From: Lingula anatina
Taxonomy: Eukaryota > Animalia > Brachiopoda
Length of the DNA: 64,000 nucleotides
Direction: 5' to 3'
NCBI GenBank assembly: GCA_051362555.1
Contig: CM120646.1
Coordinates: 23,622,001 to 23,686,000 of the forward strand
Under the pieces are notes generated by a model. It saw only the letters and a list, made by a program, of their open reading frames with translations, ran no database searches and had not been told where the DNA came from. The first letter of the stretch is position 1. Each line of letters opens with the position of its first letter. The position numbers and the translations under genes were made by a program. Positions 13,436-26,314 of the stretch are shown here, piece by piece.

Positions 13436-16400
13436 TCACTGCTGTTGTACTTGTAACTGTCTTAACTTTGTGACAGTCACAGTCCACTGATCTCTCCACT
13501 GCTGGTAAGTTCTACCGTGTATCTTTAGCCAAGGCACCAAATACTGGGCAGGCTGCTCCCACCTGGAATTATTCAGTAATAAATCAATTATTTTATTAAT
13601 TAAATAAAGAGACTAAAAATGCCATGTGAGGCTGAACCGCATGGTCCAGGCCAAATCCATGGTACCTCCCAAATACAAGCTGGTGTTACAACTACAGTAA
13701 GCCTTGCATTGTGTTTGCATTTGTTAAAATGGCAGAGACCACACAAAAGATGTTTCTGTCACCGTGATATGTATGAAATATGGAAGATTAATTTCCAGAG
13801 TCAAATGTGCAAAGGTACATCTTATCATAAAGAGAGAGTATATTAAATAATTTACTGGCCATTAGGCCAGTGAATATAACATTTATATTGTCCATCACCA
13901 ACTGCACTGCTCAGTCCACCACGTGACTCACCAAGCTTGCACACAGTCCTTCACTTCAAGACACTCGGCTAAAGCCTGACTTGCTCTGGAAATCCTTTTC
14001 TGCAGAACTGGTAATAAAGCATCCAGTTGCTTCCTGTCATTCTCTTCTACTTCCTGGCATAATCCTGGAAAATATACTTCATTCGTTATTAAGAAACACA
14101 CTTAAAGACATACTAGATACAGTTCATACTGGTAACAACTAACGAGATTTTGAATGTCACACCAAACACAATTTGCAGTGTCTCACACCCAACAAAATTT
14201 GTAGTACGGCATCCATTTCATGTGTCTCATCCAATGCAATCTGCAGTGTCACCTCTACCACAATGAACAAACCTGCTATGTGATCCACAGTGAGGGCCTG
14301 GTCTCTCTCTGCCCCCCTCAGCAGTCTGCCTAGCACTTCATGGCTCTCAAGCTGGGCGTTCATGTCATCTATCTCCATCTTCACCTCCATGGCCTTCCTC
14401 AGGAGACACTCAGGAGCCTAGGCAGATATATAACAATAGTTTAAGTGGGTCAAGGTCACAAAATAGCACCAAGGCCTAAAGCAAAGGTTAACATATCCCA
14501 TATATATGTAAATGTCAAGTTCTGCCTTCTACATAATTTTATTTAAGAAACCTATTAAAGCTGCTCAATAATAGTACCCCAACAGTCTATTATTATACAA
14601 TAATACTAACTGAATTCTCCTACCTTGAAGACAGGAAACTCCAGAGCGTTGAGCACCTGCTGTAGCTGTTGGTTGTGGCCAGCGCCAGGACCGGTGAGTC
14701 TGTTGATGGACAGGTCAATCACTGCCAACTTCTGGGCACTGCAGGGACATGCATATACACATAAACATGGCATGGGTAACAACATGAGAAACATGAGTAA
14801 CAGATACAGCTCAAGTCAGTCAGATGTATTTGATATACATGAGCAGATATTACATATGGCATAAACAAGTATGCATGCATAAGAATGGCATTGTGATGAA
14901 AAGAGATAAAATAAAAATGGTTGATCTCTGGATAAAAGATACTCATATTTCTAGACAGACAAATCATATGCAATCAGATGATTCACTGCATATGACAGTC
15001 TGTGCACGTGTGTGGTGGGAGGGGGGGAGAGTAAATTTTTCCTCACCTCTCTAACACAGTATACATAAGGTATGGCAAGGCCAGGGCAGCAAAGGCGTCC
15101 ACCTCCTTAATAACATGATCCTTAAGATGGGTCACATTGGTCTTCACGTCCACTTCATGAGTGGACAGTGACCTTTGGACATACTGCTGGATCTGAAAGA
15201 GAAGATTATATTTATTTTATATACTGTACGTATACTAACTCGCTGGTCAGTGCTTGCTTTTTATGATGAAAAGGAAGACAAGTAAAAACTGGTTGGCTGT
15301 TTACAATATTTGTCATGAAATATTCAAGAGGCACATAAAATACTTTAATAAAATCAGTATAAACTTCAGTACAAAGATAATTACACCAGTTGTTAAGAAA
15401 AATTGAAGAAAAACATGAAATACCTAAATACAGTCAGGATAAAGTTAAGTACAAAGTGAATTACACCAGAATTTTCAAGAAGAAAATATAGATGGTTAAG
15501 CATAACAAAGTATCACTATCAGGGTGACAGCATATACTGGTATTTAAGTTTTTCAGGACATGAATCAGTCTTACCAACCAGGTAAAGGGAATAGAGAATA
15601 AAATCATTATAAAAGACCTACCGCAATCTGTTGCTCTGCCAATCTGCTGGCAGCATTAGTGTTCTGTTTCACCAGAACTCTGATCACTCCCTGCTTGCTG
15701 TCCTGTTATATTAATAGATCACAAAACAACTTAAAATCCATCACATGATACTGAAAGATTCAATTAATTATTTATTTATTTATTAAGATTACAAATTTCC
15801 TTGCATCAAACTGAAGAATACAACCTAAGGACATGTTGGTCTTAACAAAAAATAGAATTTTCAGAGAGATAAATATAATTAATTATGGGAGGCGATCATT
15901 CAGAGTAATGACCATAACAACAGATCAAAATTATTTGATAAGATACTCAAAACTCAGGGTTAAATAAAATACTTAAAACTCAGGGTTAAATAAAAATAAA
16001 ACACAGACTTACAGCCAATTTCCTAAAATCCTGTATCTGCTGATATTTGGCAAGCAGAATCTCCTTCTCCTTAGCAGACTGACTGACGCGGAGTTTTAAC
16101 TCTGTGTTTCTGTCCTCCAAGCAAGCAAGAGCTGCCCTCGATCCAGCCACGCTCAGCTCTGTCTCGAACAAGGACCTAAAAACACCAACTATCATATAAC
16201 TCTCGGTGGTTGAAAAAAAAATGGATTCTAAAAATTCAAAGTCATCACTGCCTCTGCTATAAAACCTAGGATTTCCTCATAAATTCAAAGATCAAGGAAA
16301 CATCTCTGTTGTTGTATCTGTCTCAGCAACAGAATCCTCCAAAACAATTCAGAAACATAAATTGATACCTGGCCAAGTCCAGAGCCCCTGGGTTACCCTG

Positions 16401-19400
16401 TATTTGGGACTTAAACTGCAGGTCTACCTCTGCTCTCAGCTGCTCTAACTGCTGGTGGATACGCACACACTGATTCTTGCGTTTCTCTGTCTCCACAAAT
16501 TTCTTGATGTGATTCAGCTGGGACTCCTGTAGACATAATCATCAAGTTTCTCTTATAATTTGGCAAACATTCTTCTAGCTGTAGAAAACACTTGTATCTT
16601 GATACTAAAATTTTTCTTGTAAACATTATTGTCAAGACCAGTTTTTGAAGTTCACACAAACATCTTTTGTAAAAAGTGCATCTCAGTTTCAAAGATGATG
16701 ATAATATGGAAATTTAAAATTCTTAACCTCTGCTACATGGGCAGACATTTTAAAATAGCGTGAATGAGATTGCAGACTATACATATTAAAAACTAAAAAC
16801 ACATCATATTTTCTAAGGAGAATTAAATAAATAATACTCACAGAAATAAAAATAAATAAATAAAAAATAAACAAAATTCTGTGCTGGCCACTGATGCTTA
16901 CCTCCAGTAGTTGATGGACACTCTGTAGTAAAGATGGGGCAGAGGACACATCTGTCAGCCTGCCATTGCCTTCATACTTAAACCTGCAACAAGGCTCTTG
17001 TGGATATATCAAGTAAGTAAAATATATATAATGCAATATGTTTTGTACTTTTATGGAGGTCACTAGACAATTAATTAAAAATGACATTGAGTTTTTTAAA
17101 AAGAGAGTCTCATCAACTTAAAAAAGATACCTCCCCTCTTACTCCTTAGTTAAAAATCTAATGAAAAAATTACTAACAAATAGAAGATACTGCCACTGTA
17201 CACAAGATATTCAAATATCTAGATTTGGAGGATGTTTGAATTTTCATCATTATTAATGAACCCTACTTGAGTTTCTCCACGTCCCTCCTGATGTCAATTC
17301 TCGCCGTCCTCTCCCTCAGAGACAGGGACGACTCCTGTGTGTTGGAGACCAGGGAGGTCACTATCTGATTCACTGGGTACTCTGAGAATACCATCTCTAT
17401 GTCTTTCCACAGGAGGTCCTTCCTCTGTGCTCTATAAAATAATATAATATGTGATAGGTACAATACAAGTCGCTGAGCAGTACGTGAAATATTAGAGTGT
17501 ATTGTCGAGCCACAGGTGAGACAATACACTAGTAATTTTCACATACAGCTCAGCCAAGTCTTTTGTTCTACGCACTAGCCATGGTTTAACTGTTAGAGGG
17601 TAACAAAGAGAGGAATAATAATAACAAGATTATTTCTCCTGTTGTTCTTTTGTTAAATAAGCAAACAGTACTTACAGAGTGATTTTATCATTGCCAAATG
17701 AACCCTGCAGCACCTGCTGTAGAAACTGACCAATAGAGTCACAGGTTTCACGCACATGTTTCTGAAATTTATTTTATAAAAACATCTCAAGCTATAAAGC
17801 TTCACAATTCAAACATGGGCGAAAAGAATGATCTGAATACATGAAAAATGAGCACATACAAGAAAAAATTTGACTTTTGTTATTAAAGACAATTGTTTTT
17901 ATTGTTGTCCTTACACTCAAAATATTGGTGAAATGACCTCATAAAAAATGAGAAAATTTAAGAAAAGTTTGACTTCTGTGAATGAAGATAAATGTTTCCA
18001 ATGTTTTTCTTACAGCACATGCCCCTTCCACTGCTGTTACTTCCCTCTCTCCTTCTTCTCTCTTCTTGCTGTAAAATGTGCTCTCCACAAAGTCTTTACT
18101 GCAATGGGAAACAAAACGAAATATGTAAAAATACATATTCATATGGCTATAGCATGATGTTTTATACAAGTGTTTTTTAACAAAGTATTCTTACTATTTC
18201 CATAAAAATGGAAAACTTCTACAGATCTAATAGAGTATTGATAGAATATGAAGAATTTAAAACAATATGGATACTGTAACATGGGCATTTTTTTTATATC
18301 CATAAAGTTCAGAATCAGACAGACAAATAAAAGCTGGCTTAGAGACAGAGATACTTCATCTACCAAAAAGCACAGAAGCATAACATTGATGATTTAATAT
18401 TCTTTTCAAAATAGTAATTATTTTTAAAAATAGTCATCGAAACATATTACTCATACTGCAAACACCTAATAAGGCTGTGTTGGATTCACATATATATTAA
18501 TTCACGATATATTAATTATTAAGTGATAAAAAATTTTCAATTTTTTACAGTAATGCATAAATCAATACAGATGTGAGCCAGATATATATCTTAGGATGTG
18601 TTACAGATTAGGATAAGACTGTTATCACATGTATATTAACCTGGAAGGAATGTCAGAATCCCTGGTGCCTATACTGGAGGTTAGGTGTCTTTAAGCAGAG
18701 TATAATAAAGGGGGCGGGGTGTTATTAAATGCACACTAACCAAGGAGGCAAGCATGGACCCCCAAAGTTAAATCCATACTGAAGGTTAGTGTATCTTAGT
18801 GGAGTGTTAAACAGAATAAGGAGGGGAAGGGTGTTACAGCATGCAAACTAACCTCTGGGAAGCAAACCTGTACCACACGTGTTTAGGTATGTGTTAATAT
18901 AGAAGAGGTGGGGAGGATGTTCAAGTTTAGAAGTAAATATAGTGATAATATGGAGGTGGGGAGATGTTAAAGATTAAGAATGGAGTGTTATAGCATGCTA
19001 ACTAACCTGGGAGGCAAGTCTGTCCTCCAGTGTCCATAGCTGAAGTCAGGTGCATGATATCAGTACACAGCAAACAAGACAAATCCAAGCAAACTAAACT
19101 AATAATACATTACAATACTAGACTAGTGTGGCACAACTGATGAAAAATAATATATACTTATCACATGCAATCTTTACTCCTCTGAAAGTTGTTTTCTCAC
19201 AGATGTAAACATAAATCTTTCAACCTACTCCATAAAACTCATTTTACAGAGGAAAATAAGTTAAATTTTAAAATAAAAACAAACACAGTCTCTAAAAGAT
19301 GGTAGAAGAATGTCTCACCTCTGCAACTGTTTGTACTTTTCAATTTTCCCGTTCATGCGTCGTTCAAATTCTTGGTAACAATCATGCAGCTCCTCGCACT

Positions 19401-21283
19401 GCTGTGAGTGCGCCTTCAGTAGCGCACTGCGTCTACGTAACTCTCCTAGTGCTGTACACGACTCCCTATAAGCTTGCTCTGGAAGATCACAGTATTAGAA
19501 CTGAAGGCAATCTTTGTCATTTAAAAAAACCTTCTTATTTTTCATTTGGAAATACAATATAATATCAAGTTATGTCAAGTAAGAAAATTATTTACCCTGC
19601 TTCTATATCACTTTGCTACACAATGTGAAAATGCTCCCTCCTCTCAAAAAAAAATAAATAAATAATAAAATAAAATTATAATAATAATAAAGAAAGAAAG
19701 AAAGAATTATTTAATATTAATATATTAAACATAAATACTGCATGCTACGAAGTGTTAAAGTGGTACATAAAACATTTAATTACAGATATTTTTGTGTTTT
19801 GAATTCGCCTTAATGGATTGAAAATTTTATGCATTACTAGTAATTTATTTCATGCTAAAATTTTTATTCACAACTAATACACAATTGTGTACCATACTGC
19901 CGAGAGTGGACACTTCTTACTACACCAGCTACTAACCTGTGCCCAGAATGTCCTTCTTCAGTTTACTTAGATCCCTCTCCACATGATGAACATCAGACTT
20001 GAGGCTGGCTAGCTCAGCTGTAAGTGCTCTCTTGGTCTCCAGAAGTTCATCTCTCTCACTAGAGTACTGCTCTGTTCCTTGGTACTTCACTCTGTAAGAC
20101 TGGGTGGACAACTGCTGGTGCTTACTGGATACTCAGTCAAGGGATTGATATTACTTAAAACTGGGGCATATCATAGTGGAATCAAACCCACATTTACAGC
20201 ACTCGATATGATGGAATTATCATGTACAGCTGTGTATGCATGTGTGTGTGCATGCGTGGCTTTGGCACTAGAAAAAAGTCAATGATAAAAACCCATAGGT
20301 TTGTTATGAAGAAACAGTGATAATAATTCTTACTAGCTAAATCATGTAAAAAGAAAGTTTCATTTACATGTATGTCAATACAGGACAGGGATACAGGGCA
20401 AGGTTTCCTTTAACTTTCTGCACAGTTCTGGAAAAGTCAAAGATTAACAAATAAAAGTAAATAGATATTGACAGATTACACATATTTTAAATACTAATCA
20501 TTTGCATTTTCTTCAACTTAGAACACTTTGTGTCCATACCACACTATATTTTTCACTCTGTAACAATTTTTCACCAGAAGCTATTCTATTTTTAAAAAAC
20601 ATTTTCCCCAGAAATTCCTACTAATTCTATACAGTTTCAAGAGAGAGCTAGAGTGAAGAACCCTGGGATAGGCTGCCATGAACTCACTGTGCTGAATAGA
20701 CATGTTGTATGACAAACTTCCAGATGTCAACCATTTGACCCCGGCATATGCTGGAATATAAACAAAACATAAATCATTTTAAAAAGCTAATGGATTACTA
20801 GTATATACAACTTGCAAGTATTCATGATACAGAGGCGTCCACCCTTAAACATATTGTTAATTTTTAGATAACAATAAGAACTCTTTACCCAGTGCAGATA
20901 AATGAATGGCTTATTTAATTTCATAAATAACTTTAATACTAGTTCCAAATGTTAATATCAACGTCCAGATACAGGCCCGTAGCCAGCAATTTCAAAAGGG
21001 GGATTCTTTTCCTGAAAATGTGGACCTTTTACCAAGAATCCTTTGTGTACCTAGATCCAGAAGGGACCTTTTCTGGCAAAAGGTTTTTTTTTTTTTTTTC
21101 GAACCTCCCGAACCCCTCCCCCCTCTAGCTAGAGGCCTGAGATACAACACTGTTATCATACTTTCTGAAATCATCAACAGAGGGGAGTTTGGAGTTGACA
21201 TGTCTTCCCTGGGGTCTGAAATGCATCTCCTCCAAGGCCCACTTGTGTAGCTGGCCAGCCAGGTCTTCCTTAGCACTACTCAT
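13436..21283 (-). CDS. HAUS5: HAUS augmin-like complex subunit 5, complete multi-exon CDS
   Basis: Exons include 21283-21162, 20750-20688, 20427-20395, 20124-19937, ~19478-19319, ~18098-18014, ~17761-17676, ~17431-17268, ~16983-16902, ~16527-16369, ~16175-16013, ~15702-15622, ~15192-15047, ~14738-14624, ~14417-14162, ~14064-13932 and ~13562-13436. The N-terminus LHKWALEEMHF..ICRGQMVDIWKFVIQHVYSAQTVQKVKGNL and C-terminus WWEQPAQYLVPWL..QQWRDQW match the HAUS5 family. An upstream non-coding exon has its donor at ~21655. Confidence 0.88.
20125..20394 (-). other. Probable U12-type intron in HAUS5
   Basis: 5' site GTATCCCT and branch-like TCCCTTGAC (20144-20136) ending 11 nt before the 3' end, with no polypyrimidine tract. 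The frame is restored (GNLAL-KHQQ). Confidence 0.75.
20972..21139. mobile_element. Short non-autonomous DNA transposon (MITE)
   Basis: Imperfect TIRs CAGGCCCGTAGCCAG / CTAGCTAGAGGCCTG, AGATA on both flanks, internal poly-T and poly-C. A related GTGGACCTTTT motif recurs inverted near 62090. Confidence 0.6.
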
Positions 21284-21655
21284 CTTGGAGTTCACTCTCA
21301 GTTATGTGTTGCATCCAAATTATTCTGAAATGAATTTGTTTTATGTTATTCTGCAGTCTATTTTGCTGCACTTTGACTATCTTGAACAATATACACAAAA
21401 TTTAAAATCCATGCGCATCTAGGTAATTTCATTTAGACTGTGATTTCCTTAAAAGATCGATACAATTAGGTCTAGAATAACTGTAGTGTAAGATAAGACT
21501 TTTGACCAATGGTGAATGGAGATAAACGGAGAGAGAAGAAGGAGGAGGAGGTTCAGGAGAGAGAGAGAGCGTGCTTTAAACACTCAGACGACAGTGTATA
21601 TTTTAGGCCAATTGCTAAAACTGTCATTTACGACTTTAACAAAATCTGAAATTAC

Positions 21656-22300
21656 CTTATTTTAAGCAGAAAGTGACCGCACTAAACTTAGCGCCATCAG
21701 TTCGAATTCACTTCCGTCGGCGCATGGAAACCACCAAGTAACCGGAAGTTTACATTTACGAAAGCGAGGCCACTGGCTGCCGCAGGCAGTTGTGCCATGT
21801 GAGACCTCGAGATTGATTCAACATGACGTCTCAGGCCAGAGAGTTTATTACATGCATGACATCATTGACATGTATCTTGTAATAAAGTAAAATCTTAACA
21901 TTATATTTCCTGTGAATTTTTCTATGAATTTTTCATGTTTTTTATGGGATCTCCGACACGCGCTGTATCTTGGTGATTAAAGTTAAAATATTATTCTTTA
22001 ATCTTAAAAGATTTCATATCTCTGTACTGTTAAATCATTTTATATCAAAAATTCTTCTATCGGTATTTTTGTATTGATAACTGTAAATTAGAAGAGATAG
22101 AAATAATTCTTGTGCAGATTTCCACTAACTTGTGGTCTGGTTTGACATGTAGCGGCCATCTTGCGGTCTAACATGTCATTTCTATAAGCTCCAGCCAGAG
22201 TTATATGAGTCTGAAAACGCAATGAAATTTGTCATTGAGCAAGAATCCCCAGAATAAACAAGGTGTGCTGAGGATAAATTGCGAACAAACAAAGTAAGCG
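21656..22300. promoter_or_regulatory. Divergent promoter region HAUS5/AMPD
   Basis: CpG-richer island with ETS-type ACCGGAAGT (21741) and CACTTCCG (~21709), CRE-like ATGACGTC (~21823) and YY1-type GCGGCCATCTTG (~22152). Donor sites point outward at ~21655 (-) and 22294 (+). Confidence 0.6.
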
Positions 22301-23568
22301 GTATTTCAAGGGGAATTCAGAGACTCATAGCTGAAAACAGCCGGAAATAAGAATGGCTGATCAAACGAACAGCTTAAAGAAAGAGCGACCGCAGTCCACA
22401 GGAGATTACGAACCAATGTCGGCCGACCAGACAGAAGGTCAGGAATTTTTGTGTGGTTGAAAAAATTACTTGTATCGCTGGGCCTGTATTTTTCTTTCCT
22501 CATTTTCATATATTTCGCTACATTTCTTTTCTCTTGATAGAAACTGTAAACATAACGAAACATCACTGAAATTGCGCAGAAAAAAATGAAACTGAAAGTC
22601 TGCGAAAATTACAAAATAAATGTACTGTATGGTATCGCTTGTGCATGTATTATCTGTAGAAGGTCTGTACTTAGAGGAAAGATTTAATAATTACGTATGT
22701 TAAAATAAAACGTGTCATTTATATAGAAACCCAGTTTTAAGACTTGTGTCTTTTACCTGATGTTTACCCCCTATTATAATTTTTTTCCTTAGTTCAGTGA
22801 CACGATTTAAAAGACATCCAAGACATCTGTACATCTAAAATTAACACAAGTAAGAGTCTGTGGCAATATTTTAGCCATCTAAAGCAAAGGTGATTTGTAT
22901 TCCCATAAAGAAAGAAGAGCAGTTGTGAAATACTGGTACATGTAGAATATGTTGTAACAGAACATAAAACAGTGAGTGATCATCAGGCCATCATCAGAAT
23001 CCATTTGAAATGGTTTTATTCATACTCTTGAGTTATATATGTTGAAACAATATATTTTTTTCATAATGATGAAAATTTTAAACTGTTGGATTTCAACACT
23101 AACTAAAGGCATACCTGTAAAAGCTTTTGTCCCAACACTTGGTACTTCATCAGTCACACTGAAGTTGTGAGACAGTGTGTAAAGAACAGTCTAATGTAGA
23201 AATTGAACAGTTCAAAATTATAGCATTATGAGCAACATTACCACAGATCAATTCCCATCAAAGTGGATTTTGTTATTGGTGTATCTGTCCAGCAGTCCTC
23301 AGTCAGGTTTGATTTTTATTTGTCAAGCAGTGATTGGGAAGGCAGAAATCAAGCAAGAAATGAGTGATAAAATTTTCTGTAATGTAGAGGAATGATGAGT
23401 CTGCACTCAGTGCTTCAAGGGAGGAGATTAATCTTCAGTTTGCTCATTCTCCTGTGATAAATGTTAACATGAACTCTTATCATTTTTTCTGCAGCAGGTC
23501 ACTGCCCCCATAAACCTGGTGTTCTCTTTGTAGACCATTGTGTGCTCATCATTTACTGCCTGACTGAC

Positions 23569-23572
<4 letters not shown>

Positions 23573-23647
<75 letters not shown>

Positions 23648-23941
23648 ATTGGATCCATGCTGAATAAAACCTAGATTAACTGACGATGCAGTTTTCATAT
23701 CCCCCTAAATAATAGTTAGTTTAATATAAGGTTTAGTGTAGCCTATTCTAGTTGAATCAGTTTCTCTTTTTTATCCCTATATTGATCTTTATTGAGTAGT
23801 ACATGTACTTTCCCTGCTTTAGTCTAGACATTATATAATGTATATCAAACTGTATATGGTAATCGCTATGCGGATTACTTCTTGTATTTGTATTTGATCA
23901 TGCCCGGATGTAGGGCGATTGTCAATAAACTTCTGATTCTG

Positions 23942-24020
<79 letters not shown>

Positions 24021-25032
24021 CATCAATTATCTCCATATATTGGTTATAGCTCAGAGCCTTTGCTATTAATTTAATTTAATTTAAATTTAATATTTTAAGT
24101 GACGTGCTTTGTTTAACATTGAAAAAGAAACTCAGTTTATTTGCGTCATGGTTGATTTCAACATGGAGAACTGTTTTTTTAATATGCTGAGAGAAATGAT
24201 CCAGAAGGCAGGCTACTGGTACTAGTAGGCAGGTAGAAATGATGATTAGAGCACATTATATTAGGAGAGTGAACCATTGAGTGCAATCCTTTGTAAACTG
24301 ATTGGTTCCAGTTCAGAGAAGATACAGTGTGTGTACTGGAAAGTAATCAGACAGACAACACCAGGTATGTCTATGTCATGGTAGACTACTGTGTGTAATC
24401 AAACGCCTTGTTGCTTTCAATTATGGGAAATAAATGGCAGGTAGACAAGTACCCTGTCCCTCAGACTGTTCTATGTGAGTAGAGATATTGTGTCTGATGT
24501 TCTGTACTTGGTGACAGGAAATTAAATGACCGGAAGAACACCAGAGATGAACCCCCCCCCCTCCCCCCCCAGACTGTTCTTTGTGAGTAGAGATAATGTA
24601 CCCGATGTTCTGTTTGGTGACAGTAAATTAAATGAATGGAAAAACAACAAAGGTGTAGCCCCCCCCCCCCCCCCCCCCCAGACTGTTTTCTATGAGTAGA
24701 CATAGCATACCTGATGTTCTGTACTTGATGTTCTGATGATTGACCATCAGACAGTTGCATTACTAATGCGTGTGCCTATTCATAATGGTTCTCCTTTGAT
24801 AGTTGTACTAGTAATAATTATTGTGTGTTTTCTTTATAGCTGCGTGAACTAATTTATTTGTACCATCATGGAAACTTCTGGGTTATTGAGTAAAAAAACA
24901 TGGGAAAGATGAGATAAAAAGATGCTGGGAAAACCAGAAAGAAAAAGAAGGTAGATTTTAGTCAAATATTTTAAGGAAAGACATCTGCATTAGGGAAATC
25001 TGAGTAAGAGAGATTCGGTGAGCTATGTTTGC

Positions 25033-25104
<72 letters not shown>
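23573..25104. repeat. Three (TA)n microsatellites (23573-23645, 23944-24019, 25039-25104) and a degenerate ~105-bp repeat x3 with poly-C tracts (24462-24735)
   Basis: Read directly. The unit core is CAGACTGTTCT..GTGAGTAGAGA..TGATGTTCTGT. Confidence 0.85.
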
Positions 25105-25108
<4 letters not shown>

Positions 25109-26283
25109 TTTTTAACTTTTATTTGAAACAGTGAGAAATAGTAGTCCTTATCTGCATCATGTGTCCCAAGTAAAACTGAAAAATGTTGGTTTGGTTTTGT
25201 ACAAACTTTAGTTCACCTATCTTTGCCCCCACATTATGGAGGAGATGTGGATATTTCAACAATTTAAAAACTATTTTAAATGAATGACTTGAAAATTGCC
25301 ATGAATTTTACTTTTAACACAATCAATAAACAAGCCACTCATGCTACATCATGCAGAAGTCTGCATTTAAAAAAATAAGAAACATTCATGTTAGTTAAAG
25401 GAAAAAGTATGTCCATTGCCAGAGACTTTATTTGATGTATAATTTATCAACTCAAGGGATTTCAATGTCTGCCCCAGGGACAAGGTTTCAAGATTATATA
25501 ATTAAATCTTAAAGGTCCTGTACTTTAGAGATAATGATAGTTACTTATTGGGCACCTAATGGCACTTGTTCCACCTTGTCAGCTCTTCCCTACATGATAT
25601 ATACAGATAGATACAAACTTAAGCATTGCATATCCTCATTGACATTCTTTATCATCATGATAAAACATTTTAGAAACTCTCATTTTTGTCTGTCATTCAT
25701 AAAAAAAGTTTGTGTAAAAGAGGCTTTTTGTGTACTAGTACTATCTGTCTTGTAGATAAAATATTACAGTAAGTACTATACTTGAACAGACCACTGGGAT
25801 AAAGTACCCCCCCCCCCCCTCCAAAAAAAAAAAAAAAAAAAAAAGAAAGAAAGAAAAATATGTAAAAGAAAAAATAATGTGTACTAGTAAATGAATTTGA
25901 CACTGAAATGCTGACAAATTATGACTTGGCTTACTCTAAGCAGAGTTTTCTCAAAACAAAACTGCTGGATAGTTTCTCAGGTCTAATGTTGAATGAAATT
26001 AAAGAATGATAAACTTGGTGGAAAAGTAGTACATAAATTATTTAAAATAGCTATTCTATAACATCAGATAATTTAGAATGTGTGGTTGAAGTCTCCAGAT
26101 GTGAGCACAGAATGGCAAAAATCTTATAATCTTGGAGGAGGAGACTTTGGAAGATGTATCTTGTAGAAATGTCACTAGGTTATCTTAACAGGACAACTTG
26201 AAGATACTACCACATTCATTCCTGTCATTCACCATGTTATAGATAAGTGGAGTATTTGGTACAAGTGGAGGGCTGGCGCCAAC

Positions 26284-26314
<31 letters not shown>

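Noticed and set aside
15943-15997. 26-bp direct duplication near a HAUS5 donor as another splice-site duplication
   Set aside because: Purely intronic; it does not include the splice site.
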